64,000 nucleotides of DNA from Stegostoma tigrinum (Eukaryota). Position numbers and translations under genes: made by a program. The notes beneath the pieces were generated by a model. The model saw only the letters and a list, made by a program, of their open reading frames with translations. It was not told the origin of the DNA and made no database searches. This document shows, in pieces, positions 1 through 13,345 of the stretch (positions are counted from its first letter, which is position 1; each line of letters opens with the position of its first letter). Where the stretch lies: contig NC_081369.1 in assembly GCF_030684315.1 (NCBI RefSeq), positions 51,009,598 to 51,073,597 of the forward strand. Reading direction: 5' to 3'.

Positions 1-393
1 ACTGCATCCCAAAACCAGTCCAACCTGTCTCTGCCTCCCTAACGGGCTCTTCCTCTCACCCATCCCTTCCTCCCACCCCAAGCCGCACCCCCAGCTACCT
101 ACTAACCTCATCCCACCTCCTTGACCTGTCCGTCTTCCCTGGACCTATCCCCTCCCTACCTCCCCACCTATACTCTCTCCACCTATCTTCTTTACTCTCC
201 ATCTTCGGTCCGCCTCCCCCTCTCTCCCTATTTATTCCAGTTCCCTCTCCCCATGCCCCTCTCTGATGAAGGGTCTAGGCCCGAAACGTCAGCTTTTGTG
301 CTCCTGAGATGCTGCTTGGCCTGCTGTGTTCATCCAGCCTCACATTTTATTGTCTTGGAATTCTCCAGCATCTGCAGTTCCCACTATCTCTGA
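1..393 (+). mobile_element. 3' end of a young Penelope-like element (same family as 36783-39282), inside an MTHFSD intron; runs off the window start
   Basis: Near-identical to ~38887-39282, including CTGATGAAGGGTCTAGGCCCGAAACGTC and the terminal tail ...CATCTGCAGTTCCCA(C/T)TATCTCT. Confidence 0.93.
263..290 (+). ncRNA. Minimal type-I hammerhead ribozyme motif in PLE 3' end
   Basis: CTGATGA-A-GGGT CTAG GCCC-GAAAC-GTC; both core boxes, stem II and GUC triplet present; stem I weak. Confidence 0.7.
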
Positions 394-1017
394 TACCATT
401 TTTGAACTGCTGTTCAGATTGGAAGAAACTTTACAAGTTACTATTGGACTGCCCATCTGGGTTATTAATATTAGATATTAAAGTGTGTGTAAGTGCTGTG
501 AAAGGTGTGCATCTGTGAACACCTCCACGGCTTGGGGTGAAATAAACACAGTGGGAGGTGAAGACTGAAGTCTCACACCTCACTGCTTAACGTCGGAAGA
601 TGGTGCAAAATCCCCAGCTGCAATCAGGAAGCCAACTGTGGCAAGGTAAACATTTAAACATGGTTTAAAGTTCTAAATAAATTGGGAAAAAAAATAAACG
701 CCTGCATGTATGTTTGTTCTAGGAGCCTGATACTTCAATTTTTCCTTTAATTCAGGCACTTGCAAAGGTGCCATTTAGCACGCCTCTCAGTAAAGTTCAG
801 TAGCTCAGAGAGCATGGTGCTGTCTTTGTAGCAAGAGCGACTGTCAGCTGTGGTAAATGATCTCAGACTGTCAGGGTATCATGAGTGAATTAATTTATTT
901 AGTACCTGGTAACACTGACAGACTTATTGGAAATTTTTGTGAATTCTGGGGCAAAATCACTGAAACCAGTTACTCGAGTTTTAATTGATTTCTGTGTTTT
1001 TAATGTTATTTTTCTAG

Positions 1018-1143
1018 TTGCTTGATATCCCAGAAGAACTAATGGACAACCATGATCTAACTGTAGACTACATCCTTACACCTACTCGAGTGATAAAAAC
1101 AAACTGTAGCCGTTCCAAGCCTCAAGGAATTATATGGTCGAAG
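1018..1143 (+). CDS. MTHFSD: MTHFSD penultimate coding exon
   Basis: AG acceptor 1016-1017, GT donor 1144-1145; 126 nt encoding [42 protein letters not shown], recognisable as MTHFSD ([20 protein letters not shown]); phase 0 join to next exon. Confidence 0.93.
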
Positions 1144-1234
1144 GTTTACAATCCCTTTTATTCTTTGAATTCGTGAAAAGAAATATTCTTTATGTTTGTC
1201 GTAGTACTTCTTTCATTGTATTGCAGGTTGTCCT

Positions 1235-1770
1235 GAAAAAAGAACAATCAGCACAGAAACTGGCCATTCAGCCCATCATTTCTGCACTGGCTCTCCAAAT
1301 GAGCTTCATGGCCTGGTGCCATACTGCATTTTCCCCATACCTTTGCACTTTGTTTTTATCTGAATAATCATCCAATGCCCTATTGGATGCTTCAGTTAAA
1401 CCTGTCTCTACCACTCCTCCATGCAGTGCATTCCATACCCAGACTACTCACTTCACCCTTGCTTCGTTTAAAGATCATTTTAAATCTATGTCCCTCTTGT
1501 TCTTGTACATTAGGAACAACTTCTCTGTATCTCCTGTACCCAGCCTGCTTTTGATTTTGAAAATCTCTGTCAGATCTCCTATTAGCCACCTCCTTTCCAA
1601 GGAATACATTTTTCTCAATCATATTTTCATAAATGAAATCCCTCATCCCTTGAATCATTCTTGTAAAACACTTCAGCACTCTCTCCAATGCATTCACGTC
1701 CTTCCTATCATGTGCCACCCAGAATTGTATGCAATATTCCAGCTGAGTTCAGCAAGTGCCTTACACCAAG
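1235..1770 (-). mobile_element. Degenerate CR1-type LINE 3' fragment
   Basis: Minus-strand translation resembles CR1 ORF2 C-terminus (RKDVNALERVLKCFTRMIQGM...GHRFK); boundaries approximate. Confidence 0.75.
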
Positions 1771-2733
1771 ACATTTATATTTGATTTCCATCTTACCATC
1801 CGTGTTTTTCAGTCTGTATCTAGTGAAAGTGCCTGCCTCCCTCTTGGCATCCTATGAACATGCAGCTGTAATTGCGAATCAAAGGGCAAGCATTGCACAT
1901 ACACCAGTGAATCACACTATTGAAACATAATTACAAATACAACCTTTTAAAAATCATATTTTTCATTGTGTGTTGTGCACTAAGAGCCTCCTTTATGATA
2001 TCTGTGAGAAATGTAGTTGCTGGCAGGATTTGGATTTTGATTTGGGGTCTTGACGTTGGGATTGAAAGACTCTACAGTTTGTGGGAAACAGTCATCCTGG
2101 CAGTTTTATTCCTGAATTGGCCAATTAGCAGCTTTCCATTATGTTTCTTGTCCAGTTAACGATAGTGGGTGCGCTTATCAAGCCCCAAAGCCAATAAGGG
2201 TCCTCCAGTATGGAAGGAGCTACATCTGGAGGTGCCCTCTCAGAAACGTTTCAACTCAAAAATGGTAATAGCTGCATCATTGTGGAGGAATTCTCCTGCA
2301 TTGGGCAACTTGAAACTGTAGCTAGGTCAGTAAGGCTAGACAGGCCTCAAAGCTTACATTGGCTCCCCATTCTGTTATTGGGATATTGCCTTGAGGCAGT
2401 TGCCTGTTCCCCATTCTACAGGAGGCCCACAGGCTACCTTGAAGTGACCCTTAGAGTCAGAGAATCCAACTCTCCTTCCGAAAGCAGGGCAACCAGAACT
2501 GTACACAGCACTCCAAAAGTGACCTCACCAACGTCCTGTGGAACTGCAACATGAGTCTGAGCAAATGAAGGCCAGCATGCTTACACGTTCTTTACCACCC
2601 TGTCTAACTGTGGCGTAGCTTTCAAAGAACTATGTACCTTTAATAGATATGAACTCACCTTAATCCGTTCATTCCTACATTTGGATAGTCCCTCTGACCT
2701 TGGTGTTTGTGTTTTACCATTTCTGTTACTCAG

Positions 2734-3285
2734 GTGGATTCGGAGATGATGGAAAAAATTCCAATCCTTAAAAACCTTCAATTCAGGGAAGGAAAAGCAG
2801 GAAAGGATGTTGCTCTGAAGGATGAAATGCACACAGAGAAGAAAGAACTCCACAGTCTGTTAGATCAAAGAATGTCGTCAGGGAAAGGGGGAAGTGCATT
2901 CAAGGTTAAAACTAACACAATGGAAATGGCCAGAAATACTGAAGCTAGTGAAGAACAAATAGAATCTAGCTGTCAAAAGCAGCTTAACGCTCCAACCAGA
3001 GTTACTGCAGTTTATATGGGTAACCTACCTCGGAGCCTGAGAGTCAGTGAATTAAAGAATATCTTAAGAGAGCACAATGCAGTTCCATTGCGTCTTCGTT
3101 GGCAGGGTGCCCAGCACAGGGTTTTTCTTGATTATAAGGATGAGTTCACTGCAAGAGAAGCTGTAACCTCCCTGACTGGGCTAAGCATAAGTGGGAATAT
3201 AATTAAAATTGAACTTTCCAAGTGTCAAAGAGACAATAGATCTAAACATCAAAGCACTGAAAAAAACGAGCAGCCAATAACCTGA
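2734..3285 (+). CDS. MTHFSD: MTHFSD terminal coding exon with C-terminal RRM
   Basis: CAG acceptor 2731-2733; VDSEMMEKIPILKNLQFRE..AGKDV.L and RRM (VYMGNLPRSLRVSELK...LRWQGAQHRVFLDY); stop TGA ends 3285. Confidence 0.93.
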   Translation: MDSEMMEKIPILKNLQFREGKAGKDVALKDEMHTEKKELHSLLDQRMSSGKGGSAFKVKTNTMEMARNTEASEEQIESSCQKQLNAPTRVTAVYMGNLPRSLRVSELKNILREHNAVPLRLRWQGAQHRVFLDYKDEFTAREAVTSLTGLSISGNIIKIELSKCQRDNRSKHQSTEKNEQPIT

Positions 3286-4054
3286 GTCCAAACCAAAAAC
3301 GTCAGCAGCAAATTTCACACGTAATTATGTTTTAGAAGAATCGATCATATCGAGAAGTGCAAGGTGCAACAGAGGCAGCTTATTAATAATTCTATTTTGT
3401 ATATAGTGCCTCATTTGGACATGAAAGACCAGTTCAACAACCTGAAAGAATACACATTCATGAACAGCCAATGAAATTAGAAAAGTTTGATAAGTGCCTA
3501 TTCTGCTGTGGTACAGATATTATTGGCCAGATACTACTATCTGTATGTGATAGCTGACATAACATGGTTACATATATAAATATTAGAAAGCACATTAAAT
3601 ACTGTAGGGCCTTTTGCAGTAGTGTCCCTACCTCTGGACCAGGCAAGTCATACCTACTCCAGATGTGGGATGTAACACTGAACAGACTGAATTGAAAATA
3701 TCTTTGAAATATTACAACAGACATTGCATTTATTTTCTGTTCAGCTTTATAGAAAACTTCAAATGAACATAAATGGCTTTGTACTCAGGGTTAAATGATA
3801 CATAAGTGATTTTTTTTGTTAATTGTTGACACTGCTTAAGTTTACTCTCTACAAATTATAAGCTTCAATAATTTCCTGGTGTCCACCTTTTTATTTTGGG
3901 AATTTATGGAATCCAGTAACTTTTCTGTGAACCTTAAAAATATGGTCCATCAGAACTTTACAATAATAGGATTGTTTCACATACCTTAAGTGGCCAGAAG
4001 ACTCTTAACAGAAGCAGGTGATACAGACCATTCAGGAAGCATGTTTTCTGAGGA

Positions 4055-4385
4055 AATAAATTTCTTGAGAGACCTTTTGAAAGCTATTTCACAAGCAAGG
4101 CCAGGGTAGAGCCCATTAATGTCATCTTGGAGAGGAAAAGCGTTTTACTGGCTCACGAGGTAAAAGTCCCATAGGTCAGATGACAGCATGTCAGACAAGA
4201 AATCACAGACGAGTTGCATTGAATCCATTGTCACTAGGTTTGAACAGAAGTCAAAAAAAAGCTTCACAACAAGAAAAAAAAGGCATCCAATAAATTCATG
4301 GCCAAAGAAGCACCATATGTAATTCTTTATTCTGCAAAAGCCCTGTTACCTTGGTATGAACTGAATATATGACTGATGGAATAAA
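4055..4385 (+). terminator. Candidate MTHFSD polyadenylation signals (AATAAA at 4055, 4289, 4380)
   Basis: Three AATAAA hexamers 0.8-1.1 kb after the stop; actual usage unknown. Confidence 0.35.
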
Positions 4386-4585
4386 TGCAAATGCATAGAC
4401 ATTGATTTAGAGGTGAATGGTCAGGACTGCTGTCCTTTAGGGAAAGGAATATGTTTTTTCTTTCCAGTTCACTCCATCCCTAGTTGCCCTTGAGAAATTG
4501 TTGGTGAGCTGCTGAAATCCATTTTGTACTAGCACATCTGCAATGGCGTTGGGAAAGGAGTTCCTGGATTTTGACCCTGGATCCA

Positions 4586-4900
4586 GAATCTCCACGGTGC
4601 AGAAAAAGGCCATTTAGCCTATCAAGTCTGTACCAACCCTACAAGGAGCATCCCACCCAGACCTAGCTCCTCTACCCTATCCATCATGCCTAATCCACCT
4701 CGCCTTCACATCCCTAAACACTATGTACAATTTAGCTCAGCCAAACCACCGAAACTGCACATCCATGGATTGTAGGAGGAAACAGGAGGTTCTGCCTGAA
4801 ACCCATATAAAAACTCCACATAGGCAGTCACCCAAGGCCGTAATCCAGCTCGGATCCCTGGCACTGTGAGGCAGCATTGCTATTCCAGTGTGCCACCCAT
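4586..4900 (-). mobile_element. tRNA-derived SINE (HE1/V-SINE-like)
   Basis: Reverse complement of GGTGGCAC..AATGCTGCCTCACAGTGCCAGGGA head; similar to copies at 10133 and 22541. Confidence 0.8.
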
Positions 4901-5996
4901 AACTACTGAGCCAACAAGTCTGGATGCTGAGTAGCTTCGAGGTGAATCTCTAACTTGTCTGGCTTTTAATGAATGGCATATGTGCCTCTGTTTACACAGC
5001 ACAGTTCGACTCTTGATAACTAGAAAGTGGCAACAATTGCTTGTGGAGAGTATTTCACACATTTTGAAAAATTAGAAGGTTGTATCTTTTGAATGAGCTT
5101 GCATTGCATGAAGATTGGCAGAGAAAAATTACCTTCTGCCTTTGAAACTGTACTCCATAAGTGAGGAATATTTTGCTGTTGTAGTTTCACGGAGAGCCTT
5201 TTTTGTAGCCATCACATTGAATGAATAGTTGGTGTTTGTTAAGCTTCAAAATGCTTAAATGGCCTCAAAGGGATGTAGCTCTGTTTCAACTTCAGACTAC
5301 TTCAGTGTGTGAGAATATTTTTATTTTATTTTCATCAAATGGAGTGACAATCAGGTAGGTTAACAGACCTGCAAATTATGTCACCGGGCAGTGACATAAT
5401 AGTTCTCATGACCGACCCTAGCGAGTTGCCCAATTGGTAGTTGAACGTTACCAATTCAATTAGCCTAGTGATCTAGTACCACACAAGAAGACCATTTCAA
5501 GTTAGCAGAGGAATTTAGGCCAAGTGCTAGTCACAATAAATGCTTTGTAATCTCTTTAACGAGCAGTAGCAGATTACATAAGTGACGAGTAGCTACAGAA
5601 CTATCATCCAAATGCCTGTTGCTGGAATACACTTGAATTCTTTGTCCTTCAGTAAACCCAGGCCAAAACAATATTGCAGCTCAGGACTCCACCTTCATCT
5701 CTGAAGCTGTTTAGCACTTGATCTATCAGTTACTTGACTTTTATTGATCCCTAGAAAGGTTGTTAGTCTACTCAAGTGCAGTTTTGATTCAAACTATGTT
5801 AAAGGCAGATTTCTGCCTTTCTCGTTTTCACCAAGGGAGAGGTTAGATATTACAGGTTGGGGGTAGAGGGGAGAATGTTCCAGAAAGTCTGATTGATTAA
5901 AATGGTAAAGCATCATTTAATTATTCTGACGGGCAATTGGAATAATAGCATTAAGTAAATGGAAATAATGAAATATAATGTGTAAAAATGTCTTCT

Positions 5997-7297
5997 GTAT
6001 AAACAAAGGCAAAAGTATTGCAGGTGTTGAAAAATTGAAATAAAAACAAAGTGCTGGAGAAACTTAGCAGGTCTGGCAGCATCTCTGGAGTATGGCAATT
6101 AAAATACTTTTCACTTTTTTGTAAAAATACAAATGTCAATTACTATTCTATTCTGGAGAGAGAAACAGTTCACATTTTGTCTTCAAATATGAGTCTTCGT
6201 TGGAGCTGAAGAGTACTGGAAAAATGACTAAGTTGTTCTGTTGAAAAGGGGCAGGAGATCAATTGGAACAGATGCTAAGAGTGCCCAGAGCAAAGGACAA
6301 ACAGTAGTAGAAAAACGATAGAGCTGGAGAGTAGGTATAATGGTAGTGATTGTAGCAGAAAATAGGTCAGCTCTGTTGCCTATGCAGGCAGGAATATAAA
6401 AGGGGAGTGAATATAATCAAAGTAGAGGACAGTATTTTCCTGGTTTGAATTTGTTGAACTTGGTGATGGTTTCTGAATGCTGTAAATTGATGAAACAGAG
6501 AAGAGGTGCAGTTCCTCAAGCTTGCACGAGTCTTCATGGAGCAGTACCGAAGGCCTAGGACAGAAATCTTAGTGTGATGGCAACATGGTATATTGAATTG
6601 GCATGCAACTCGAAAGGTCAGATTAATTTTTTTTTGAATGGAGGTGTTCCACAAACTTTGCGTTTGGTCTCATCAATATAGTGGACAATACATTGGTAGT
6701 TGTGAATTCGATAGACTAGATTGAAAGAATTGCAAGCAAATTGCTGCTTCACCTGGAAGGTGTGTTTGGTGGTTTTGACAATGACGGCAAATGAAGTACA
6801 AGGGCATGTGTTATCCCTTTTACCATTCATAGGAAGATGCTATGGAGATTTAAGTGGTGTTCAGATGTATCAGAGGAGAGGGTCAAGGTGTTAGGGGAGA
6901 AATAATCGCTGCAAGATACTGACAAGGGAGGAAAATGGAATGCTGGATGGAAATACTGAAGGGTGACCTTTTGAACACAGTGCCAAGGGCACCCTATTAT
7001 TGTTCTTGGAGGGAAGGAACGGATGAGGGCAGATGTGAGGTTGACTGTAAGGAATGGAATAGAATCATTACAGGAAGCAGGATATGAGAAAGTGTCATCA
7101 AGCTAACTATCAAATGGGTTTGTGGTGGACTGCCTGTCTCCAGAAATGGAAACAGAGAAGTCAAAGAAGGGAAAGGAAGGATCAGGGATGGGCCAGGTGA
7201 CGGTGAGAAAAGGCTAGAAATCAGAAGCAAAACTGATGAACTTTTCCAATTCTGGATGAGATAAAAGAATGTTCCACATGGCCCACAAAGAGACAAG
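5997..7297 (-). mobile_element. Old degenerate Penelope-like element (RT C-half, endonuclease, 3' end)
   Basis: PLE-type terminus at ~6000-6090 (similar to 21045-21130); remnants of CLFVGYVE near 7270-7296 and of the linker/EN region. Confidence 0.7.
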
Positions 7298-10132
7298 TAT
7301 TTTTACTCTGTATCTTTTATATATAAAAAAAAGTTAGCTTCTGGTACCCAGAATTTTATCTGGTGATAAAATAGAACATCAATAATTGCATTTACAATTT
7401 TGGAATTATAAGGTAAGTGCAACAATCTGGTGAGACTGTCCTTTGTAAGCAACTTCTCCAAAACATTAAATTTCAGTATTAGAATTTTTCCACTGTTAGT
7501 ATTTGTCGATACATTACCACTAGAGGGAAGCAAGCTACAAGGAAGAGAATGAGCTATTTGAGGTTACTCGAGCTCTCTTGAGCCTTCATAGAATTCTGCT
7601 TCTTTAATAAAAATAAGGATATATTTATTAAATTTTGAAATCCGTATTAACAAAACAAACTGTGTCAACATTGAAAGTTTAATTTATCAGTCTTTTAATT
7701 CTGGTAGCATTTGCAGGAAATATACAGATTCCAGAAAGTGTTATTACTCCAGAGTTAGATGGTAAAGATATTGAACAATAGTGCATCTTACAGAAGCAAA
7801 AAAGTTCATTTATTATCACACAAAATCAAGTGCAATAACATTTGTCAATGGTTTGGTCCACTGATTGCCTAATTTAAGCTGCAGGATCCAAAGCTTGCTG
7901 AGTAATGTCAGACAGAGTACTGATCCAGATAATAACAATCCCTTCTTGATGTTTTGAATTGGAAAGGATATTATCACACAGCCATGAAAACCTTTTCTAC
8001 TCAGAAGTGTACTGATTTGTGTCATAGGCTGGCGTTTCCACAGGGACAGATGCACTTGCAAAACAGCTTCAAAATAACAGCACTTAAGCTTAATGCTAAA
8101 AACTAATTGGTGCTGTTTGATTTGGTCTTCTGCTGAAGTTATAGCAATAAACTGTGAGAACCTCTAGGCAAATTCTTTGCATTTCTGGTCAGCTGGTTGA
8201 AAGAAATTTAATTTTGACAAATTAAATGTTGCATTTGAGAAGAAATAATGAAAATATGGTTTCAACTGATAAAGTCGCAGCAAATTACCCACACACTGTG
8301 CTAGTAGGCTTGTGGTTTCACCTTGTGTGTTCCTCCTCGCCCCGTGAAGAGAATCTGGATCCACGTAGGAAAATAGAACTCTACCTCTGTGGGTTCAATG
8401 CTTACTATCATTGGATGCATAAAATTAACGATGGATCTTCACACACTTTATCTAACAAGCTGGTCACAAATAAACATGAACAACTTAGGGATGGATTTAG
8501 TACACAGAATGTGTACATTGCTTATCATTACAACGTAGAGGAGAATTTAAAAAGAATGACAGAATAGATTGTCATAATTGAGTCCTTTCCTTGTAAGTTA
8601 TGTTAAGATTTTATAATCAGGTCAGACAAGCTTTGTGATATTGTGATGAACTTCTGCTAATTGAAGAGATATGAGAATGATTTAAGAGATAAAATCATAT
8701 TCTAGCAGTTAAGGTTAGAGAAAATTTCAGAAAAAAATGTCATTTGAGACTTATAAGATATGAATGACAGAAATGGGATGAACGTGATATTAGTTTGCTA
8801 GCCATGCCATCAGCAGTAAAAGACATGAAGTCTGTTCAGAGTAAAACAAAAGGAAAAAGAGTGTTTACTCAAAGTACAAGCCGTATTTAGAACAATCAGT
8901 CCAATGAAGTGGTGAGATATAAGGTAATCAAGGAGTTTGCACTTAGATACTGAGCTAGATGAGTTAAAGTACTGAGAGACAATTCAATATGCTAACGATT
9001 TTCCTTTTTCAATTAGTCAAGGGATGTGGATGTTGCTTGCTGGCAAGCATTTATTGCCCATCCTAGTTGCCCTTTAGAAGCGGTGGTGAGCTGCCTACTT
9101 GAACCGCTGCATTCTCTTTTTCTTGTATTCAAATTAATGAGACCTTCAGTCCAGTACTTTAGTACAGAAAGGCTTAATGATAATTGTTTGTCATGAGTCC
9201 TGAAGCTTTAGCCAATGAACTTAGTAGTAATCTGCTCTCTACTTAGTCACCTCCTCAGATTCCTCCTGGTTTCAAAACCCCTGCACTTTTCTGTGTTTTC
9301 TACAATGCCTCTTTATCATGCATACTGCTCAGCAGTCCGTTGGCTTCCATATTTTTCCTCACTCTGATCTAATTCCAAATTCACTGTCATTTAACTGTCA
9401 GAATACAGTACTTCCAGTTACTAACAGCCTGCCCGGTCTGAAAGGTGGCGGTTTATATAATATTGTTAGTAAAGCTTAAAGTTTCAGTCAATATCATTTT
9501 TTAATATACATATAGTGAAAGTGAATGGGTTACTATTTTGAACCAATGCATTTGGAAGCACTCTGGACATTTTTACATTGCTTGAATACAAGCAATTTAT
9601 TGTGTTCCTTTCATAATTTGTTTCTGGTTTTAAGGCTGTACGTCTGAAAGAAGCATTAAGTATTGAAACTACTCCTAGACGTTGAAAATTGGGCATATCA
9701 ACGGAAAATGTAATGAATGAATAGCAGGTCTCTCAGCTTCTGAAAAGGAAAAGTCAAGTTAAAGATCTAGGGGAGACTGAGTTCAGCAGTCAATTTCGAA
9801 TGAAATCATTAAACTCATCTTTACAGCTCCTGGTCGGAACAGAGATCACCTCACCCTGAAGGTATGTGCTATATGCCATTAATTAGATTTTCTTTTCCCT
9901 ATTTGACCTCTCTGAACAGATCACGTGGCTGTTGGATATACAAGGCATGACAGTTGTTTAGGACAGACTGGTTAACAAAGAACAAAGAAAATTACAGCAT
10001 TACAAAATTACAACAGGTTGTATCTGTTTGTCAGTGTTAGCATATTTTTGTTTTTTTTCGGACATAAAGTAATTCACTGTGAATTTTCCATTAAACTGAC
10101 ATTTAAGCAAAATAACGATTAGTGAAAATTTT

Positions 10133-10412
10133 ATAGAATCCCACAATGCAAATAGAGGTTATTCAGTCCATACAGTATGCACCAACCATCCAAGTAGCAT
10201 CCCACCCAATCCCCATAACCCTGTATCTACCATAGCTAATCCACCTGACCTGCACATCTTTGGTCTGTGGCACGAAATCTGATCACCCAGCAGAAACCCA
10301 TGCAGACACAGGGAGAACGTATGAACTCCATGCAGGCAGGCTCCCGAGGCTGAGTCAAACCCCAATTTCTGGCACTGTGAGGCAGCAGTGCTAACCACTG
10401 TGCCACACTGCT
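10133..10412 (-). mobile_element. tRNA-derived SINE (HE1/V-SINE-like)
   Basis: rc head GGCACAGTGGTTAGCACTGCTGCCTCACAGTGCCAG, typical body and LINE-derived tail. Confidence 0.85.
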
Positions 10413-12139
10413 ACCTGAATTGCCAATTGACTTACAAGAAGCTAATGTTTCTTGCATGTCACTGTCTGTCATTCTGTCTCAAAATAAAAAGGGCCATGAA
10501 ATTTGCATTGCTTAGACCTGTATTTTGTGTGGTCCAAGTCTTGTAGAGCTTGGAAATGATGTCTATGGTTGAAGGCTTGAGTCTCAAAGTTAAAACTGTT
10601 ACCTTTTCTTAGCCTTGCAAGTTGATCACATATTCAGCATCAGCAAGAAAACCATCAGCAGCACTATATTGTCAATGAACTATTGGTTAGTTGCTCGTTA
10701 AATTCTTCTTTGGCATGCTGTTTCATTTCTACAAGTATTTGGCTCTGTGAATCATTTTAAATATGAGGGAGAGGAGTGGCAGGTGCTGAAGATTTTGCAA
10801 CTTTAAGTCTTCTGCACAAACCGATGCCTGTCATCTATGCACTAGTAGCCATTACCCATGGAATGCAACTTGTCATGCTGAATAAGCAGAGGTCACATAA
10901 AGTAGGACAATCAGCTGGAAGAGGGAGCTGGAGGGGAAAAAGACTCCCAGCAGGATGCTGTATCACCCTGAGTGCCTCAGAGTTATTTTTCTACCTGAAC
11001 CTCAGTCAGGAACTATGCATGACGTTTATACTTCACTCAGGATATCTTCAATTTAAACTGTTACCTGTTCACCCATTTGCAGCTTCAGAAAACAGCCGTG
11101 AATACCTCTAGCCACTTTGCACCTCCCTGTTAAGGCAGCACAACTACATTTTAAGCAGTGAAGGCTAATATTGCATACGTCATTGGACTCCTGCTGATGC
11201 ACCCAGTCATTCAACAAGTACAGTTTGTACTGCGCAGACACTGAAATAGTTGAAAGGAATGAGTGATGTGATGTTTGCATGTGTTTTGTGCTGCAATAAC
11301 TGAACTTGAGAAAATTACATGTCACAATCTCCCCACTCTTTGAGGTGCTAACAAAATTAACTCTAAAGGGGGTGTTATTCCTCCAGTTTTGGCAGTTCCA
11401 GTTGCCCACCTTCTTTGGTGTCAAGTATAAGGGTGGCCCTTAACTATAACCTTTATGGAAAACATTAAGTTAAATTGGCTTTCTTCAGACATTCATTTCA
11501 AAATCCAAACATTTGCACAAGTGAAAAGCATGTGATGGTCTATCAGTAACTTACCTTGTAAGATTAATTTATGTTGGAGTCTTGACAAGTTTTTGGTACG
11601 TCTAAACAGAGTATGCATGCAGTCATTCTGTAAGTGTATAGTTTAATTAGTGTGGGGCAAGTGGAAGTGGTTTGCAAGTCTTATTCCATTGATTTAATGT
11701 GTGAACTTGACATTTTCTGCTACCAGCTCCTTTCCAAATGTAACAATTGTAATTATTTTCAAGAACTAGGTTTGCAGAGAAACACATTTAAAATATCCCA
11801 TTCTGGTTTTTTCTGCTTTCAAGGGTATTTCACAAGTAATATGCAAACCTCTGCTTTGAACAAACTTTCCCATTTTTATTTACTTGCATTTTAACTCCTT
11901 ATCAACTTGAAGCCTTGATTCACTAGATTCCATGTGAACATAACAGTTAAGAACCATTAAAATTTTGAACAGACTAGAATAAGGTTTCCTTCGCATTACT
12001 GAGGTTTGTCTTAATGGTTATGTTGAAAATACATCAAAAATATGAAGCTGGAGAATCTGAATATCATGTTTGTCTGACTCCAGCGTATTGAGTTTTTATT
12101 TAATTTGTCCATGAGATGAGTAAGTCCACTGTAGTCCAG

Positions 12140-13345
12140 CACTTTGTTATTCAGTCTTGGCATATGGGCATTGGTGGCTGGCCAGCCTTTATTGCCTATC
12201 CCTCGCAGCCCATGTGAAGGTGATGGTGAGCTGCCTTCTTGAACTACTGCAGTCCAGTGCTGTAGGACCACAATGCCCTTAGAGAGGGAATTCCAGGAAT
12301 GACAGCAAAGGAATGGTGACATATTTCTAAGTCAGGATGGTGAGTGGCTTGAAGAGGAACTTGCAAGTGGTGTTGTTCCCATATATCTGCTGCCCTTGTC
12401 TTTCTAGATGGCTGTAGGTGAGTTTGGAAGGTTCTACCTGAGGATCTTTGGTGAATTCCTGCAGTGCATCTTGTAGATAGTGCACACTGCTGCTTATGAG
12501 CCTTGGCTGTGGATGAAGTGGACGTTTGTGGCTCTGTTTCCAATCAAATTGCTTTGTCTTAGATGGAGTCAAGCTTCTTGAGTGTGCTAAGCTACCACTT
12601 GAAGGTCTGCACACCATATTGTGTCAACACATCAATGAGACAGTCAAGAAGAGAGTTGCAGAATTTTGATCCAGCAGCAATGAAGAAACAGTAATACAAT
12701 TCCAAAGTCAGGGTGATAATTGCCTTTTGCACCTGTTTCCATTGCCCTTCACATTGGCAGATGTCATGAATTCGACATAAGCTGTTCAAAGATCATTGAT
12801 TTGCTGCAGTGCATTTTGTAGGCTTGACAAACCGCTGCCGCTGTGCATCAGTGATGGAGGAAATGAATGTTGAAGTTGGAGGGTGGGGTATCAGTCAAGT
12901 GGACTGCTTTGTCCTGGTTGGTAGTAAGCTTTTCGATTGTTGCTAGAAATGCACTTTCCAGGCAAATGGTAAGTGTTCCATCATACTCTGACTGGTGCCT
13001 TGTGGAAGTGGACAGGTTTTTGGGGAATGAGGAGGTGATTGGTTGCTTCAGAATTCCTAGATACTAATCAGCCCTTGTAGCTACGGTATTTATTTGGCTA
13101 GTCAAGTTCATTTTCTGTTCGATAGGAGATTCAGTGATGCTAACATCAAGGAGAGATGAGTATTGTTTGGTATATGTGAAGTGTGAATGTTTCTTGCCAC
13201 ATATTATCCCAAGCCTGGGTGTTGTCTGTGACTTGATATATACAGACGTGGACTGCTTCAGTATCTGAAGTTGCAAACTGTGTTGAACATTATGCAATCA
13301 TCAGCAAACTCCACACATTTGAGCTTATGATGGAAGGAACATGAA
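12140..13345 (-). mobile_element. Nested degenerate LINE (L2/CR1-clade) 3' fragments
   Basis: Shares the GGGATGGGCAATAAATGCTGGCC-type tail with 9008-9110, 22460-22500 and 59010-59230; two overlapping relics. Confidence 0.6.

Noticed and set aside
2707-2733. Apparent start of a standalone 192-aa RRM protein
   Set aside because: Intronic polypyrimidine tract; the segment is the last MTHFSD exon
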